A stretch of DNA of 64,000 nt from Coniocarpon cinnabarinum (GCA_051942205.1 JAVECO010000089.1:1-64000), one strand, 5' to 3'; positions 12,249 through 25,199 are shown, counted from the stretch's first letter. Numbers and translations are program-made. The notes: generated by a model from the letters alone, not told the origin.

Positions 12249-12525
12249 CGACATTGAGGCAGCGTGTTCTTTCACCCGGTGTGTCAGAAGTCATTGTGGC
12301 ATCAAAGAGTCTCCGAAAATGCAACTGCGCTGGTAGGTAGTGCAGTTGTGAAAAGGGCGGTCAGAAGGGAAAACCGGCTATCGCACGTCCACCGCACGTC
12401 CGCTGACTGAGCCCTTTCGAAGCCGCCCATGCTTCTTCCAAGTTCCAACCCAAACTTTGGAAGCCTCATTCTCTTTTCCATACTATCAAAGACGACAGCT
12501 GTAGACGACTACTGCTCGTCCCACA

Positions 12526-13232
12526 ATGGTGCGAGGAATTGCATGCATTTCACCAACACGGGCCCTTCTGACGTCCTCAAGGCTCCAAAGGTCAATTGCA
12601 ATGCCACGAAGCTCGCGTCTATACTTGCCTACTTTCACGGGTCCCGTGTGGCCCATTCCTTTAAGGACTTGGAGAAAGCTCTTCCCTCGGCTGCGTCAAT
12701 CAGCGGCATGCAAGTCAAGGACTATCTGCAGGCGCTGCAAGATGAGAACAAAATCAACGTCGAAAAGATCGGAAGTGGGAACTGGTACTGGGCTTTCCCT
12801 GGAGAAGAGCTTCGCAACAAGCAGCAGCTGGTTGAAAAGGCTGCTCACGAACGCGACAAGCTGCTTCTCGCGGTGGAGGACGTGCAGACGAAGCTGGACG
12901 AGGCGACTCAGGCTCGCCAGACCGACGACGGGGGGCAACGAGACGAGGCTTTGGCGAAACACGCGCACCTGACAGAGGCCAACCAAGCTCTTCAAGTGGA
13001 ACTGGCCAAGCATGCGGATGCAGACCCGGCTGTGGCAGCGCGTCGGCAGAAGGATGTGGCCGCCCTCAGGAATGAAGCCGAACTCTACACGGACCAGATT
13101 CTGGAGATGGAGCAGTACTTGAGGGATGATCTTCAGATGGACGGTGAGGGCTTGATGATGCTGAAGCAGGAGTTGTACGGGGAGGAATACGACGGGGAAG
13201 AGGAAGGCCTGCGCGAGCTGCAGGAGCCCTAG
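12526..13232 (+). CDS. MND1: Meiotic nuclear division protein Mnd1
   Basis: ATG-only first exon, intron 12529-12581, then APKV..HSFKDLEKALPSAASISGMQVKDYLQALQDENKINVEKIGSGNWYWAFP and a coiled coil. Confidence 0.9.
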
Positions 13233-14263
13233 GGAGACAGCAGCGCTGAGTGAGACGGACGGACTGGGTAGAGTGGACTGAGTGAAGGGAGGGGATGGAC
13301 TGGACTGGGGGACGTCTGTCAGAGAGGTGGAGCGTGGGAGAGGAAGTTGCAGGAGCGGTGAGGCCGAAAGCAGGGCAGGCGAGAGCTGTTATTGCACCAC
13401 ACGCGCTGCTCCCTGCCCATCTCATGGATGGGAGATACATATACATCTACATCGACTTCGTCGCCTCGCCCAGCCCACGTCAATGTCCGTCTCTTGTCAT
13501 TTGCGCATCCAAGCGAGAGGAGGGCGGGTCTCGCAGGCACAGATGGGCGTGGTGGTGGGGGTCGCATGGTCAATGCCTTGACTTGCTCTGCGCAGACTGC
13601 ACGTAACCCAAATTAGTCCCATCCCTCCTATCGCGCGTCGACCACGCTGCTGCTCTTCACCAACATCACCCTCTCCCTCAGTCCAAGTCTAAGAGAAACG
13701 AAACCACCTTCCAAGTCTCGTTGCCGTGACGCGACGCGACCCTCTATCGCAAGCTCGAGTCTTTCTCGTGGAGCGAACTGAATTACTAAGGTTCTCCATC
13801 ATCCACGCCTAAAATCTCTTGGCTTTTGCCAAGGTCTGTTTAGTCGCGTCTTCCACTTCAGGCCCTGTCTCGCTCCCTCAGGTACGTCCAACTGGTATTT
13901 TCTTATCCCGCGCGAGCTGGCTTCCTGTGTGACGTCCCAAAGCAGACGCTCGACCACGCAGCACGATGCTATTAGCTGCTTGCCCGTCTGCCCCCCGCTC
14001 CCTCCGCTTTCCCGGATCCTGCTTTTCGTGCACTGCCCCAAGCTCCCTTGTTGATATACCCTACCTCCAAGCCCACACCGAGGCTGTTTCTCCCGACGAC
14101 CAGAGACATGTGTCGCGCGCAGCGGACTGCTCTGGTCGCGTAACGGGAGCGAGCCTGAACGCAAAGACTGACGCCTGATTAGTAGATAGACACCTCTCTC
14201 ACCCGTCTCGAACCACGTCGCGACTTCTGGGAGACCAGATGATCTGTTCCACTGTCGCAAGGC

Positions 14264-16839
14264 ATGACAACTGTCGACGACGGCACGTCGCTTCCTATAT
14301 CCACTCACGCTAAAGCGCCAAAGTCTTTGAAGTCGCGGATTGGATCAATTTTCGCAGCCAAATCGGCCCCCTCCAGCGAGCCTCAGATTGAGCTGAAAGA
14401 GCCATGGCGCGTATACACCCGAGGAGACATCGTCGAAGGTCGGGTTCATCTCCACGTCACTAGACCTCTCGGCATTACACACCTCACCGTCTCGCTGTTC
14501 GGCTACTTGGAAGTTTTCAAGCATCATTCCCGGAGTCAAGCCGGTATCAGACCCACGCCCGTCCGAGTCGCCTCGGGCAAGGGCAAAAGATGGGTCTCGG
14601 AATATTATGGGGATGGCTTTGCGTCGCTCTTGGACCAAGAGGTGACCTTGTGTGGACAAGGGCGTCTCGATCCTAACGATTACTATTTCCAATTCGCAAT
14701 GCCTTTCCCGTCAGATCGAGACTTTCCCACCAGCATCAAGGTGAGTGGAGAGCTCAATAGGGAGATGCTTGCATGATATCGTTCGCTCACTGTCATTCTC
14801 ACGTCTAGTTCGAGCGCGGCACGGTCACATACGGCATCGCGGTGACAATGACTCGACCCACCACGATCGCACCAACCGTGACCAACATGGAGCCTGTCCA
14901 ATACAAGCAAGCAATCGACGTGGCTTCTCTGCGGCTTCCGAAGCCGCGAGTTGTTACACTCGAGCCCATCGTCACGAGTACTCGAGCAAAGATGGTGCGA
15001 CGATTGACCGCAAACTCCGCTGTCGATGACAGGTCCATGTCCCATGTCTCCAGCAAATCTAAAGTTAATTCCTCACGACAATCAACAATCACAACACAAG
15101 GAGCAGTGGACAATGGCGTCCAACCACCTAATTCTCCTGTCCCGAGCGCGCCCAGCACCGTCAGCGTTTCTAGCGCGGGTAGACGTGTTCCCAGTTCGCC
15201 TTCTGAGCCGCGTGGCTCACATAGCAGCCAAGATGCCGCAACAGTCAGTCAGACCAGCAAAGAGAACAAGACCATCACTGCTACGGTTGAAGTATTGAAA
15301 GGCGGTGTCCTTCCAGGTGACTCTCTACCGCTACATATACACATTCAACACACAAAGTCCATCCAGAGCCCTGCTGGTATCATTGTAATCTTATACCGAG
15401 AAGCCAGGGTTGACATGCACCCGAACATACCCAAATCATCTCAGCAGCGGATAGACAAAGACAAGAATCCGCAGGATTACTATCCACGCTCTCGTACAGG
15501 GCTTGGGGGCTTGTCACTCTCAGCCGCAGGTTCCAGCCAGGCGTGGCGGAAAAACTTGTCACATGCCGTAGCCCCGCTCTATGTGGATGGTTACAGCAAG
15601 ACCGCCACGGCGCGACCTGTGATCCAAATACCCGAGGAGGTGTTTCCCACCATGTCTGGTGCCCCTGGAGATATGATTGAGTTCAAGTACCTGGTCGAAG
15701 TCACTATCGACATTCACGGCAAAGGGTCCACTGGATCTGCCATGCCAAATGCAAGTATTTCAGCGCCACCGTCTATTTCCGTAGCTACGATGGACGGTGG
15801 CCTCGAGGAAACGAAACATCCTGCCCTCAGTCCCGACGCCACCTCTTCCTCGGCTGTGCCACGAGGTGCCATCCGACTCCAATGCGATATCATTATCGGG
15901 ACCCAGGATAGCAGTAGGAGCAAAGGCAAAGGCAAAGCTCAAGCTCAAGGCTCTGGGGCCTCAACAGCTTCGGAGCAGGCTCCAACTGAGCTTGCGACTC
16001 TTGATGTCAATGCCACCAGCACGGCCGAATACCACCCGCGCGACTTTGCCTACGGTCAATTCGATGGCCACGACTCCCAGTATTACGATCCCAGCTATGA
16101 TGATCCACGATATTACGATTACTATAATGATAATTCTCACGAAGCGTATGATCCCCGTTTCGCGTACCAGGCCCCTCCTTGGCATTCTGCGCAAAACCTT
16201 CCACCTGTTCCGCCACCCCCGAATATAGTCGACGAGGCACACCTCTCGGAGAAGGAACGCCTGCGTCGTGCGGAACAGACGTTGTTGCCCAGTCGGCCTC
16301 CTGGTGCCGAGGAAGCTCTTGACGCGTCTGCTGGACAGGCGCCAAGTGCTCCGTTCTTGGGTGACGAGGCCCTGGACGTCCCTGCTTATGTTCCACCCTA
16401 CACCGCTGTTGCGGATTCAGAACAGCAACTTCCAGTCCCTACGCATCATTCTGCTCAACATACTGCGCTCAATCCACATGATCATACGCCGGATACATTC
16501 CGTGGACAACCAAGCCCTGAACGCCCACACTCGCAAAGTAGAAGTTCAGCAGGAGACGATCCCATCGGTATACGTAGAGTTGGACACGATGAATCGACGG
16601 GTAGAACAGGCCCGGCTGAAGGTACCATCAGCGCTCGGAACCACGCGATTTCTAGCGAACAAATGGATGACAGCACCGCTCAGAGATCTTCCATTTCGCA
16701 TTCATCTAGTGCCTCTGAAGGCATTCCTGTCCTGGCTAACGAAGACTCACCACCTTTGAAAGCATGTCAACCATCTAGAAACCAAGACTCCACCGACACC
16801 AGACCACCCAGACAGGGACAACCGTCATCAAATGCGTGA
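14264..16839 (+). CDS. palF: pH-response arrestin PalF/Rim8
   Basis: Arrestin-N features (IELKEPWRVYTRGDIVEGRVHL, ITHLTVSLFGYLEVF, EYYGDGFASL, PTSIK|FERGTVTY). YYPRSRTGLGGLSLS, SEKERLRRAEQTLLPSRPP and PSAP motifs. Intron 14741-14808. Confidence 0.88.
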
Positions 16840-17030
16840 ATCTGCACGAATCTAGGTATAGATGCGGACGAATCACAGGTCAATGTCAAAGTCTTTTACT
16901 TGTACTACTACTGAAACCACCTTCGATTTGTAGAATGAGTCAATCACAGATTTTGAAGTATTCAGTGGCTTTGTCACGTCTTCTTCTTTCTTTTGCGTCA
17001 AGAGTATTATGGAACCATTCTTGGTTCATC

Positions 17031-17200
17031 GCTGAGTGTTGGACGTGAGACTATTCACTGTCGATCAAGAAATTGTTCCTCTATGCCGTGTCATTCTGGC
17101 CTCCCTCTCTTTGAAATCATTGAGATGTCTTTGCTGAGTGTCGGACGTGAGACTGTCTGGTCGAATGAATGGACTATTCTTCCGTGTCATTCCGCTTCCT
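17031..17200. repeat. Imperfect ~100 bp direct duplication
   Basis: GCTGAGTGT(T/C)GGACGTGAGACT...CCGTGTCATTC at ~17031 and ~17133. Confidence 0.6.
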
Positions 17201-17499
17201 TGGTCGATCACGGAGTTTTTTGCGGTATTGCCACAACGCCGCGTGGGATATGATGGCATTATTGTTTCGGGTTGCATCCTTTGGCTGCATCCCTCGAATG
17301 AATCCTCTCCTTTATACCGTAGTTGTCTTTGCTGCTTGTCTTCGGTGCGAGCTAGCTGTAGCGTCTAGTTAAATCGAATGCTAGCGGTCCTCCCTCCGTG
17401 CCGTATTTGACGCTTCCTCCATCTCAAGTCATTATACTGAATCATCAGTGCTTAGTCATTAGCGCTTCAATTGAGCACATCTAGCCCCGATACTTGTGT

Positions 17500-18600
17500 A
17501 TTGATATGTATGTCAACTATGTATGTCAACTTCGTCGTGTCAACTTCGTCGTGTCAACTTCGTCATGTTAGCAAAAGCGAAAGCGAAAGCGCAGAAAGTG
17601 GTGATGCACAAGTCGCGAAGACCGCTTTCGATGTAGTACTTTAGTGAAAAGTCAAGGAGACCCTTTGAGTATACATGCGCTGGCATGCATGTAATGTGCT
17701 GTATTACAGTAGGCTATGCTGCGGGCTATGCTGTGGGCTATGCTATGGGCTATGCTGCGGACTATGCTGCGGGCTATGCTGCATGGCAATCAACTAATAG
17801 CATAGTGATGTTAAAAGCTGAGAGTCCAGTAAGGAACAACGAGATTATACCAGCTCTAAGTACCTTTGCTTACTGTAGAGCATTGCTCTTTCTCCGCAAA
17901 CTGGAAGATTTCCTATTGTTTATCGGAAAAGCGAGAAGATAAGTAAGTGAAAAGTTTGAAGTGCTTGCTTTTACTAGACGGTTTTTACTGAGACGGCTTT
18001 TACTGAAACGAAGTCCTGCTTATCTGAAGCAGGTACACAGAGACCCAGGTTATTAAGTATAGTATTGGAGAAGAGAAAGTTTATATTATAGGACTTAAAA
18101 TAGTCTAAATTACTGATAGATAGTAGTGTCTCTGTTTAATAGGTACATAGAGACGTCTTTTAGATTTTTATTCTAAAAAAGAGAAAGATGGTAGAGAGTA
18201 TAAAAATATTAAAGTAGTAACTATTACTAGAATAACGTATTACGTGTTTTAAGCAAGTACGCATTAATTAAGGTTATGTTGTTTAGTAGTAGAAAAGAGA
18301 AAGCAGAGATAAAAGAGTCTTTAATATTTTATGTGTTGCTTACGAAGAGCAGTGCTTTTCTTTAGCAAAGACATGGAGACTTCTATTATATATTCCTTAG
18401 AAGAAAGGTAGTGATTTTAAGGACTCTAAAGTAGTAGCTGTCACTATGAAAAGGCGTTGCTTCTCTGGAGCAGTCCCACAGAAGCTTAAATCTCGCATTA
18501 TTACAGAGGCGAGCAATAGACAAGAAATGAGAAATGGTTTGGAATCCTCTATGTCGCGATATAGAGCACTACTTTTCACGGGCAAAGCTTTAGGGACTTA
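17500..18600. repeat. RIP-like degenerate relic containing minisatellites
   Basis: (GGCTATGCTGCG)x6 at 17712-17783 with transition-only variants, TCAACTTCGTCGTG repeats at ~17525-17566, AAAGCG repeats, and an AT/TpA-rich stretch at ~17940-18440 without intact ORFs. Confidence 0.55.
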
Positions 18601-18764
18601 CGTCTCTCATGCGAATGCATGTTGCTTTTCTGCTTCGACGTTGTGAAAGTAGTTTTTCACGAGTACACCCGCCCGATCTGAATATCTTTGCACTGGCCGG
18701 GGGCAGCCTTGCAACAGTCGTCAACGGACCAGTGGCTCCACACTTGGTGCACTCATCTGATAGG

Positions 18765-19859
18765 TTACTGTCCAGCCCCATCTACTGCACTTCCGGTAAT
18801 GAGGTCGCAAAGCGCATCACACGCCCTGTTGCCCACGTCAAGACTGAGCAGCAGACTCGGCTCGATGAGCTCTACCTCCATCAGCGTGAATGTCCCATCA
18901 TTCCGCATGATGCCGTCGACTCTGGCATAGTCCACGCTCTCACCCTGGAACCGCTCATTGATCCACCGGACCAGATCATGGCCTAGCTTCTTCGCCTCTT
19001 GGGGCACTTCTTCTTCTGGCAACGCCTCGAACGTGGCGCCGAACGCGCTGCCGACTTGCCAACCGCCTGCTCGAGGCTTCTTGAGTACCGTGTAGAGGTA
19101 CGAACCGCCGACAAAGATAAGGGAGTACTCCCCGTTGCCGATCTCGGGGATGAATTCTTGCATCATGTAGCAGCCAAAGGTGTTGTCCTCGGGCTCCTCT
19201 TCGGCCGCATCTTGTCTATAAGGTTGCTGTGTCATTGATATCCTTCTCAACTGGGCGTCAGCGTCCAGGCTACCTCGCTTGCCACTGCTGATAGCGACGT
19301 TCACAATGCTAGCCAGGAAATCCTCATTCTCGGCGGTAAGCTGTTGTGGATTTTGCACGAGATGCGTCCGCGCCCCACTGGCGCTGATGCTGGGCTTGAT
19401 GACCACGGGATTGCCGTGGCATTGCGTGTAAAGACCCATCTTCAGGTACTCGAGCGGCTGACGCTTGTGCAAGAATGCGGTGCTGGGGATGGCGAACCCG
19501 GCCTTGCTCAGCTGTTCGAGATATTGCTTGTCGCTGTTCCATGCGGCCATGGTTGGTCCGTTAAGGACGCGAAGGGAAGGGTTGAGGATGAGCGCATCCT
19601 CGAGGGTTGCGCTGAGGAATCTGGAAAAGGTCGCGTGGTGGGTGGGATAGTCGCCGAGGAGCAGGAAGCAGACGTGCGTGAACGTCCGTGCAATGACCGC
19701 CGACGTCAACTCTTCGTCGTTCTCGAGCAGCGCGTGGCACGTGGTCGGTATCGACCGGGCCTTGAGAGCATCGAGCAGCTCGAGGTTCCAATTCTTGTGA
19801 GTGGGCGAATCGAGTCGATGGGTTGTGACGAAGAGCACGTGCGTTCTTTGCGGACCCAT
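18765..19859 (-). CDS. Intronless ATP-grasp ligase, bacterial RimK/glutathione-synthetase-like (DcsG-like) type
   Basis: ATG at 19859. Motifs VLNGPTMAAWNSDKQYL, PVVIKPSISASG, MMQEFIPEIGNGEYSLIF, YARVDG and LMEVELIEPSL. Confidence 0.8.
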   Translation of the reverse strand: MGPQRTHVLFVTTHRLDSPTHKNWNLELLDALKARSIPTTCHALLENDEELTSAVIARTFTHVCFLLLGDYPTHHATFSRFLSATLEDALILNPSLRVLNGPTMAAWNSDKQYLEQLSKAGFAIPSTAFLHKRQPLEYLKMGLYTQCHGNPVVIKPSISASGARTHLVQNPQQLTAENEDFLASIVNVAISSGKRGSLDADAQLRRISMTQQPYRQDAAEEEPEDNTFGCYMMQEFIPEIGNGEYSLIFVGGSYLYTVLKKPRAGGWQVGSAFGATFEALPEEEVPQEAKKLGHDLVRWINERFQGESVDYARVDGIMRNDGTFTLMEVELIEPSLLLSLDVGNRACDALCDLITGSAVDGAGQ

Positions 19860-20873
19860 GCTTTGCGTGTCAGCTCCTCGTCTTGAGCTCGCAACAATCG
19901 CAGTCGCAGGCACGTCCGCGACGGCCCCCCTCACTTCAACAAAAGGGCGACTTGTCAGGTTGGCGGTCGGTTAAGTGGGTCCGAGGCGGGATCAGCCAGG
20001 CGGCATTGACGTGCCCGTCGCGTATCGAGCGCTGGAGGCGAGAGGAGGCAGAGGCAGTGCCCTGGAGGAGACATGGTTCGGGGCAGCCGCGGCGGTGCGA
20101 CGGACGCCAGGGAAAAGTAAATCCTCGAAAGGCAAGCCGTGGGAGAGGCTTCAGTCGCGTGGGAGGAGTGAGCTTTGGGTCATGAATCAGAGCTCGGTTG
20201 GTGAGCGGAGCGTTCTGCCAGCTTCGAAGAAGAGGAAGAAGGGCATTCGAGCCCAGAGACCGCCGTCTGGCACCGTGTTCGACGGGCACGGAGCAGATGG
20301 GTGGAGGCTGGTGTGCCCATCGTCTTCGGTCGACGGCCACAAATTTGAAAGCAAGCAGGCCTGCGATGTCTGCAAAATCACGTGACTGTCTCAGGCCCAG
20401 GGGGCTCCGGGCTACTACAACACAACACTTGCGTCCTGACTTCCAACAGCCTGATCCCACAATAGTGATCTGTCTGACGTGCGGACCTTTGACCATCCTT
20501 TCCTACATCTGCATGAATGGCTTGGCTTGGCACTGGATCACAAGTGCCTCTTGGGCCCTCGTTCATGACGTCGTGGTGGGATGCTGTGGGATGCCGCAGG
20601 ATTCTGATGACGGGACCGTCTGGGATGTGTACATGTGGCCTGTATGATGGCCCAACACCTGCTCAGCACATCATGACGACAATCACCTTAGATACAACGC
20701 TTTTTGCCAGCGCGCTCAGTGCTATTGACAATATGCAGGATGATTTTTGGCCCTCTCGCCACCTCGTTCATCTTCTGTAGCTCGTGCTTGCCCAGAACCG
20801 TGGCCATTGATCTTTTGCTCCTTTCCAGGTCTCGAGTACGCTGTGCTGTTTTCACCTTCCGTTTCTGGACACT

Positions 20874-21822
20874 ATGGAAACGAAGCTTTCACCTGGTCGC
20901 CGTTCTGAATCCCCTGCAGGAACCTCTGCAGACGAGGTGTCCGCTGCGGGTACATCTTCAAGATCGTATAACCTCAGATTCCTGAGACATGCCCAGCGAA
21001 ATCGGAAATACTTCACGGCGATGGCACCGGCGTCCGTGTGGACCGAAGGCACTGAACTCGCGTATGCCGATTGCTTCTTTTCAATGCAAGAAAAGAATTC
21101 TGAAGGTCGGGTCATCGGTGGGTACGTTCCAAATCTGTGCCACGTCATTTGCGGAAGGTTACGGGTGCCCTCGTAATTCATTCTACCGTGAACTCTGCCT
21201 TTTGCACTGCCTTGGGTTTCGATCAATAAAGTTCACCCCTTCTTTAGTGTCGTTGTCTACTAGTGGGAGTTGCTGACAACGCCATCACAGCGAGGTCCGT
21301 TATCTGTACGGCAATCATCCGGAGAAAGCAGGACATGATTCAAATTTCAGTCTCATGGACACTCCTGACAGAAAGGTGACAACTCTCACAGGGACGCCGG
21401 AATGCCCGGACGCACCTACGTTCGAAACGAGCGACGGTAAGAAGTTGCGGTTCCTCGATCTTATTCGTGTAGATCCACCACAAAACCACCATTCTGCTCC
21501 ATACGCAGAGCTGAGGTTCCTATACGGAGAGCATCCGGATGATCCCACCTCTCGAAACATTGGGTGGCGTGAGCGAATCCACCTCTGGCGTAAAGAAGTG
21601 CGAAGAGCACTGCACAGTACTTCAAGTGATGAATCTCGGACCGACAGCGACGAAAGAAGGAGAGGGAGTCCAGATGGCCGCTCCAGGACCGCGAGCTTGT
21701 TCAGCAGACGAGGTGATGGGTCAAATGGCAGAGGACGTAAAGATAGTAGTAAAGGTTCTCCCGGCACTGGCCGGTCTACGCCGAGTCTCGTTGGGAGTGC
21801 TGTCAGTGATCGTGGGCGGTAA
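20874..21822 (+). CDS. Hypothetical protein, 2 exons
   Basis: ORF 20874 joins ORF 21355 in frame through intron 21122-21290 (GTACGT..GCTGAC..CAG). Confidence 0.6.
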
Positions 21823-22420
21823 CAAGCTAAACGGTAATTGTGCTCATGCCTGAACTTATCCTCTGACCGGGGAGGATCCTCGGCCCGTGGGGCAAGGTTG
21901 GTGCAACCTTGTTGACGGGCATACGATACGTAAAGCTAGCTCTTTAGACTTGTCGACTCGTACTATTTACATCAGCTGCAATACCGTCTGCATGGCGTTT
22001 GAAAGCTTGTGCTCCTCTTGTGTTTCGTAGCCACTTCCATTTAGAAACGCCAAGGTGCGGTGAAGTCAGTCACGTTCGCCGGGAGTGGGTTGTGCGGTAG
22101 AAACACATGCACGTCCAGTGAGAGCACCCCCAGTCTAAGAATGATGAGAGACTACGACTACAATGGACTTCAAGTCTTGGATGTTGATACGTTAAACCGA
22201 ACTAATGACTTCTGTGGCGCTGATCACCTATGTTATGACTCTACCCAAAAGAGGTCAATATGCTACAGAAAACTAGCACAGCAATCTTTCGCCTGGGACA
22301 AAAGCATGTCATTTTTCTCAGAAATTGTGACATTGTACATCTCAATGTCTGTCGTTAAAGCAAACCACCCATCGAAGTCGGGTGTTCAGTCCATCGACAC
22401 CTCGCCTTGACACATTCGGT

Positions 22421-24384
22421 TCACTCCCGTCTATGTTCCCATCCGACTTTGCTGTGACGCGCCTGTCGGAACACCCACTCATACACTTTAATCCCCAGCC
22501 CCGTCACCAAGAGCAGACCGCCGACTAAAAGCACAGCAATCCACATCTGCGGCGCCAACACCAGCTGCATATCCTTCACGCTTGGCGCGTTCTTGGGCAA
22601 CAACTGGATCAGATTCGAGCTGAAGAGCGATGCGACCAGCGATGCGGGCAGGTAGATGGTAGAGATGGCGGTGAGGGTCTTCATCATCTTGGCGTCGTGC
22701 TCGCGGATTTTGCTGAGAGATGCAAGCGCCGTAGTCTCGGTGGAAAGGTGTTGGAGAGTCTCTACTGATTGGGAATGCAGAGCCGTGAGATTATGTGTAA
22801 GGGAGTTGATGTGATCGCTGTGGCGGAGGGTGATGGTTTGTTGGAGCTGAGGAGTGTTGTTAGCTTGCTTTGTGGCTATTGATTACAGCGAATACATTAG
22901 ATGCACTGGCAGAATCAAACTATAACCTGCGAAAGGGTGCATAACCTACTAATTGCGCAGTAGCTTGCGCACGGTGACCTAAGCTCTTGATCCTTTCCTG
23001 TTGGAAGGCAAGCTGTCGTCGTACGTTGTTGAGCTCGATAATGCTTTCATATTTGTCTGATGATGAGTTGTCAATAAGACCGGCACCATGAGAATCTAGC
23101 AGGTCAAACCTGTCGTTCACAGCCGTATGCACGGAAGGACGCCATTAGTACATGGAAGTCACTCTTTCAAATGTCCGCGAACTTTAAAGCGCCATTACAC
23201 GTTGTCGGGACAAAGGCGATTTGCTAAATGAGATAATTGAAATGAACGGAAAATGCTAGTGTATCTATTTGCTAGTGACTCACCTTGAAGACCATCATAC
23301 CGGTCTATGAACATGGCCAAGACATCATCGTTTCCCTGAAGCGCGGCCACAAAGCCTTCAAGCTTCCACTGGAAGATCTCAAGGTCTTGACACGCGGTGA
23401 AACTGGCTGAACAGGCATCCTCGTCTTGTATTCGGCAGAACCAAGCAGTTTCAGCCTATTGTGTTTCAATTAGCCTGTGATTGCTCACCATCCATATGAA
23501 AAGCACATGTGAATGCTGATGCATACATATGTGGTCAATTGCTCGCTCAGAAACTCAACGAACTCGTCCCAAAAGCGACCCAAAGTTCGAAGGACTATGA
23601 AATGTACAAGCGTATAATCGTTAGACTGAGAAATGGCTTCCCGTAGACGCTGCTTGACAAGTTCAGTCGGTCGAAGCAGCATGCACATTGGGCGTTGATC
23701 ACGCCTCTCGCAACTTTGATAGAGCCCTGTTTGTCGGATCGAGTACGGATCACAGTTGGCCCGCCCGTTCGGTATGGGGTATTGGACCCGATAGCATATA
23801 TCTGAAGACAGATCAGAAAAGCACATGACATGAGCGGAGTTCGCGTACCTACCGTAGCCGAAAGGTGGTCCAGAACATGCGTCCACGTGAGAGCTGCACG
23901 AGGACCACCAAAATACGTGCTTATCTCTTACACGAGCTTCGAACGCTTGGAAAAGGTCGAAAACATGATCACTGATGCCATAGAGCTGCAGCATCCGCTC
24001 CATTAACGGCCATGATACATCAAGACCAGACCAGGACGCAGTCTGGGAGATAATGCTGAGCAATGAGAAGTCAGCTCAGGTGCAATGCAAAACTCCTCGT
24101 TGCACAACCACAAGAAAGTCGGCCATCAAACTGACTAGATGCCTCCAGAGCGCTGCACTTTGGCGTTAGCAAGGCGACCTGCAAAGCTAAGTTGGGTGAG
24201 GACCAACCCAAGCCGACTCTTCCAGGTCGACCTCGTTGTGCACCTGACTTGCAAAGCACTGCCTGGCGCCTGATGGGTCGTCTACATTCTTCATTGTATC
24301 AAGCGGTCGAAAGACCTCAATGGAGCCAGGCTTGCCTCTGAAGACTCTTGCAATGTCCTGAGGGCTAAGTCGATCCCCTCGCAT
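22421..24384 (-). CDS. Fungal CorA-like domain protein (multi-exon, two C-terminal TM helices)
   Basis: IISQTASWSGLDVSWPLMERML..FDLFQAF, DPYSIRQTGLYQ, then a coiled coil and DAKMMKTLTAISTIYLPASLVASLFSSNLI..MWIAVLLVGGLLLVT. Start codon and exon ends are approximate. Confidence 0.7.
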
Positions 24385-25199
24385 GGTTGACACGGTCACT
24401 CTCACGGCTCCGAGTCCCGAGACATCAGAGTGAAGAGCGTAGCGTTAGTGCTAGAGAAAGTCAGGTAGGGCAGCACGTTCCTAGGGCGAAGGGTATCGGT
24501 GCCTCCTGCAGGCATCCGCGACTACAGGCGTCAGCAACGGTACCTTAGGTGCCCTGACTCGCCGTGGCTCGCGTCGGGATTGCATGCATGCGGTGGCAAT
24601 AGGGTACTGCATAGTACATGTGACGTGGCTTAGCCATCTGGCTCAAAGCTCGAGGACATCGGCTGTGTAGAACGAATACAAAAGAGCCTGCCGGTGCACC
24701 TAGTAACTTCGGGTTAACTCTACAGCCTTGCAGCCACAATAACCGAGCCCGATCTGTTGTGTCGAAACATTCACGCTATGGTGGTGCAGTCGCTGCCCAC
24801 CCGCTACTACAGACTTGCGGATCTGAATGCGCTTCTTGAACGACTGTTTCCTGGAAAGGAATTTGAGATTGATGTTAGGTTCAGTCTTGTTATGGCAAAC
24901 CGTTACTGAGTTTGGCAGACGCGAGGCTCTGTATACGAGCTGCGAGTACCGGACTATGTTGATGACGTAAGATGGGCTTCTTGACTGTTGTGTAGCCACG
25001 CTTAGATATCTTCCAGGACGACCTCGAACAGATCAAGATTCAAACTACTAGTGATAGGCAATAAACTCTGGAGACGGACTCACGGCTGCTGCTCCTCATC
25101 GCTTTGCACTTTTAGAACACTTTGGACTTGGTCTGAGGCTATACCGCATGAGTCGTGGTCAACGACCTACATACACCTTCATAGAAAGTTTTAATCATA

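Noticed and set aside
13966..14178. uORF upstream of palF
   Set aside because: An ATG ORF exists, but the TSS is unknown and the peptide has no distinguishing feature, so it cannot be supported from sequence alone.
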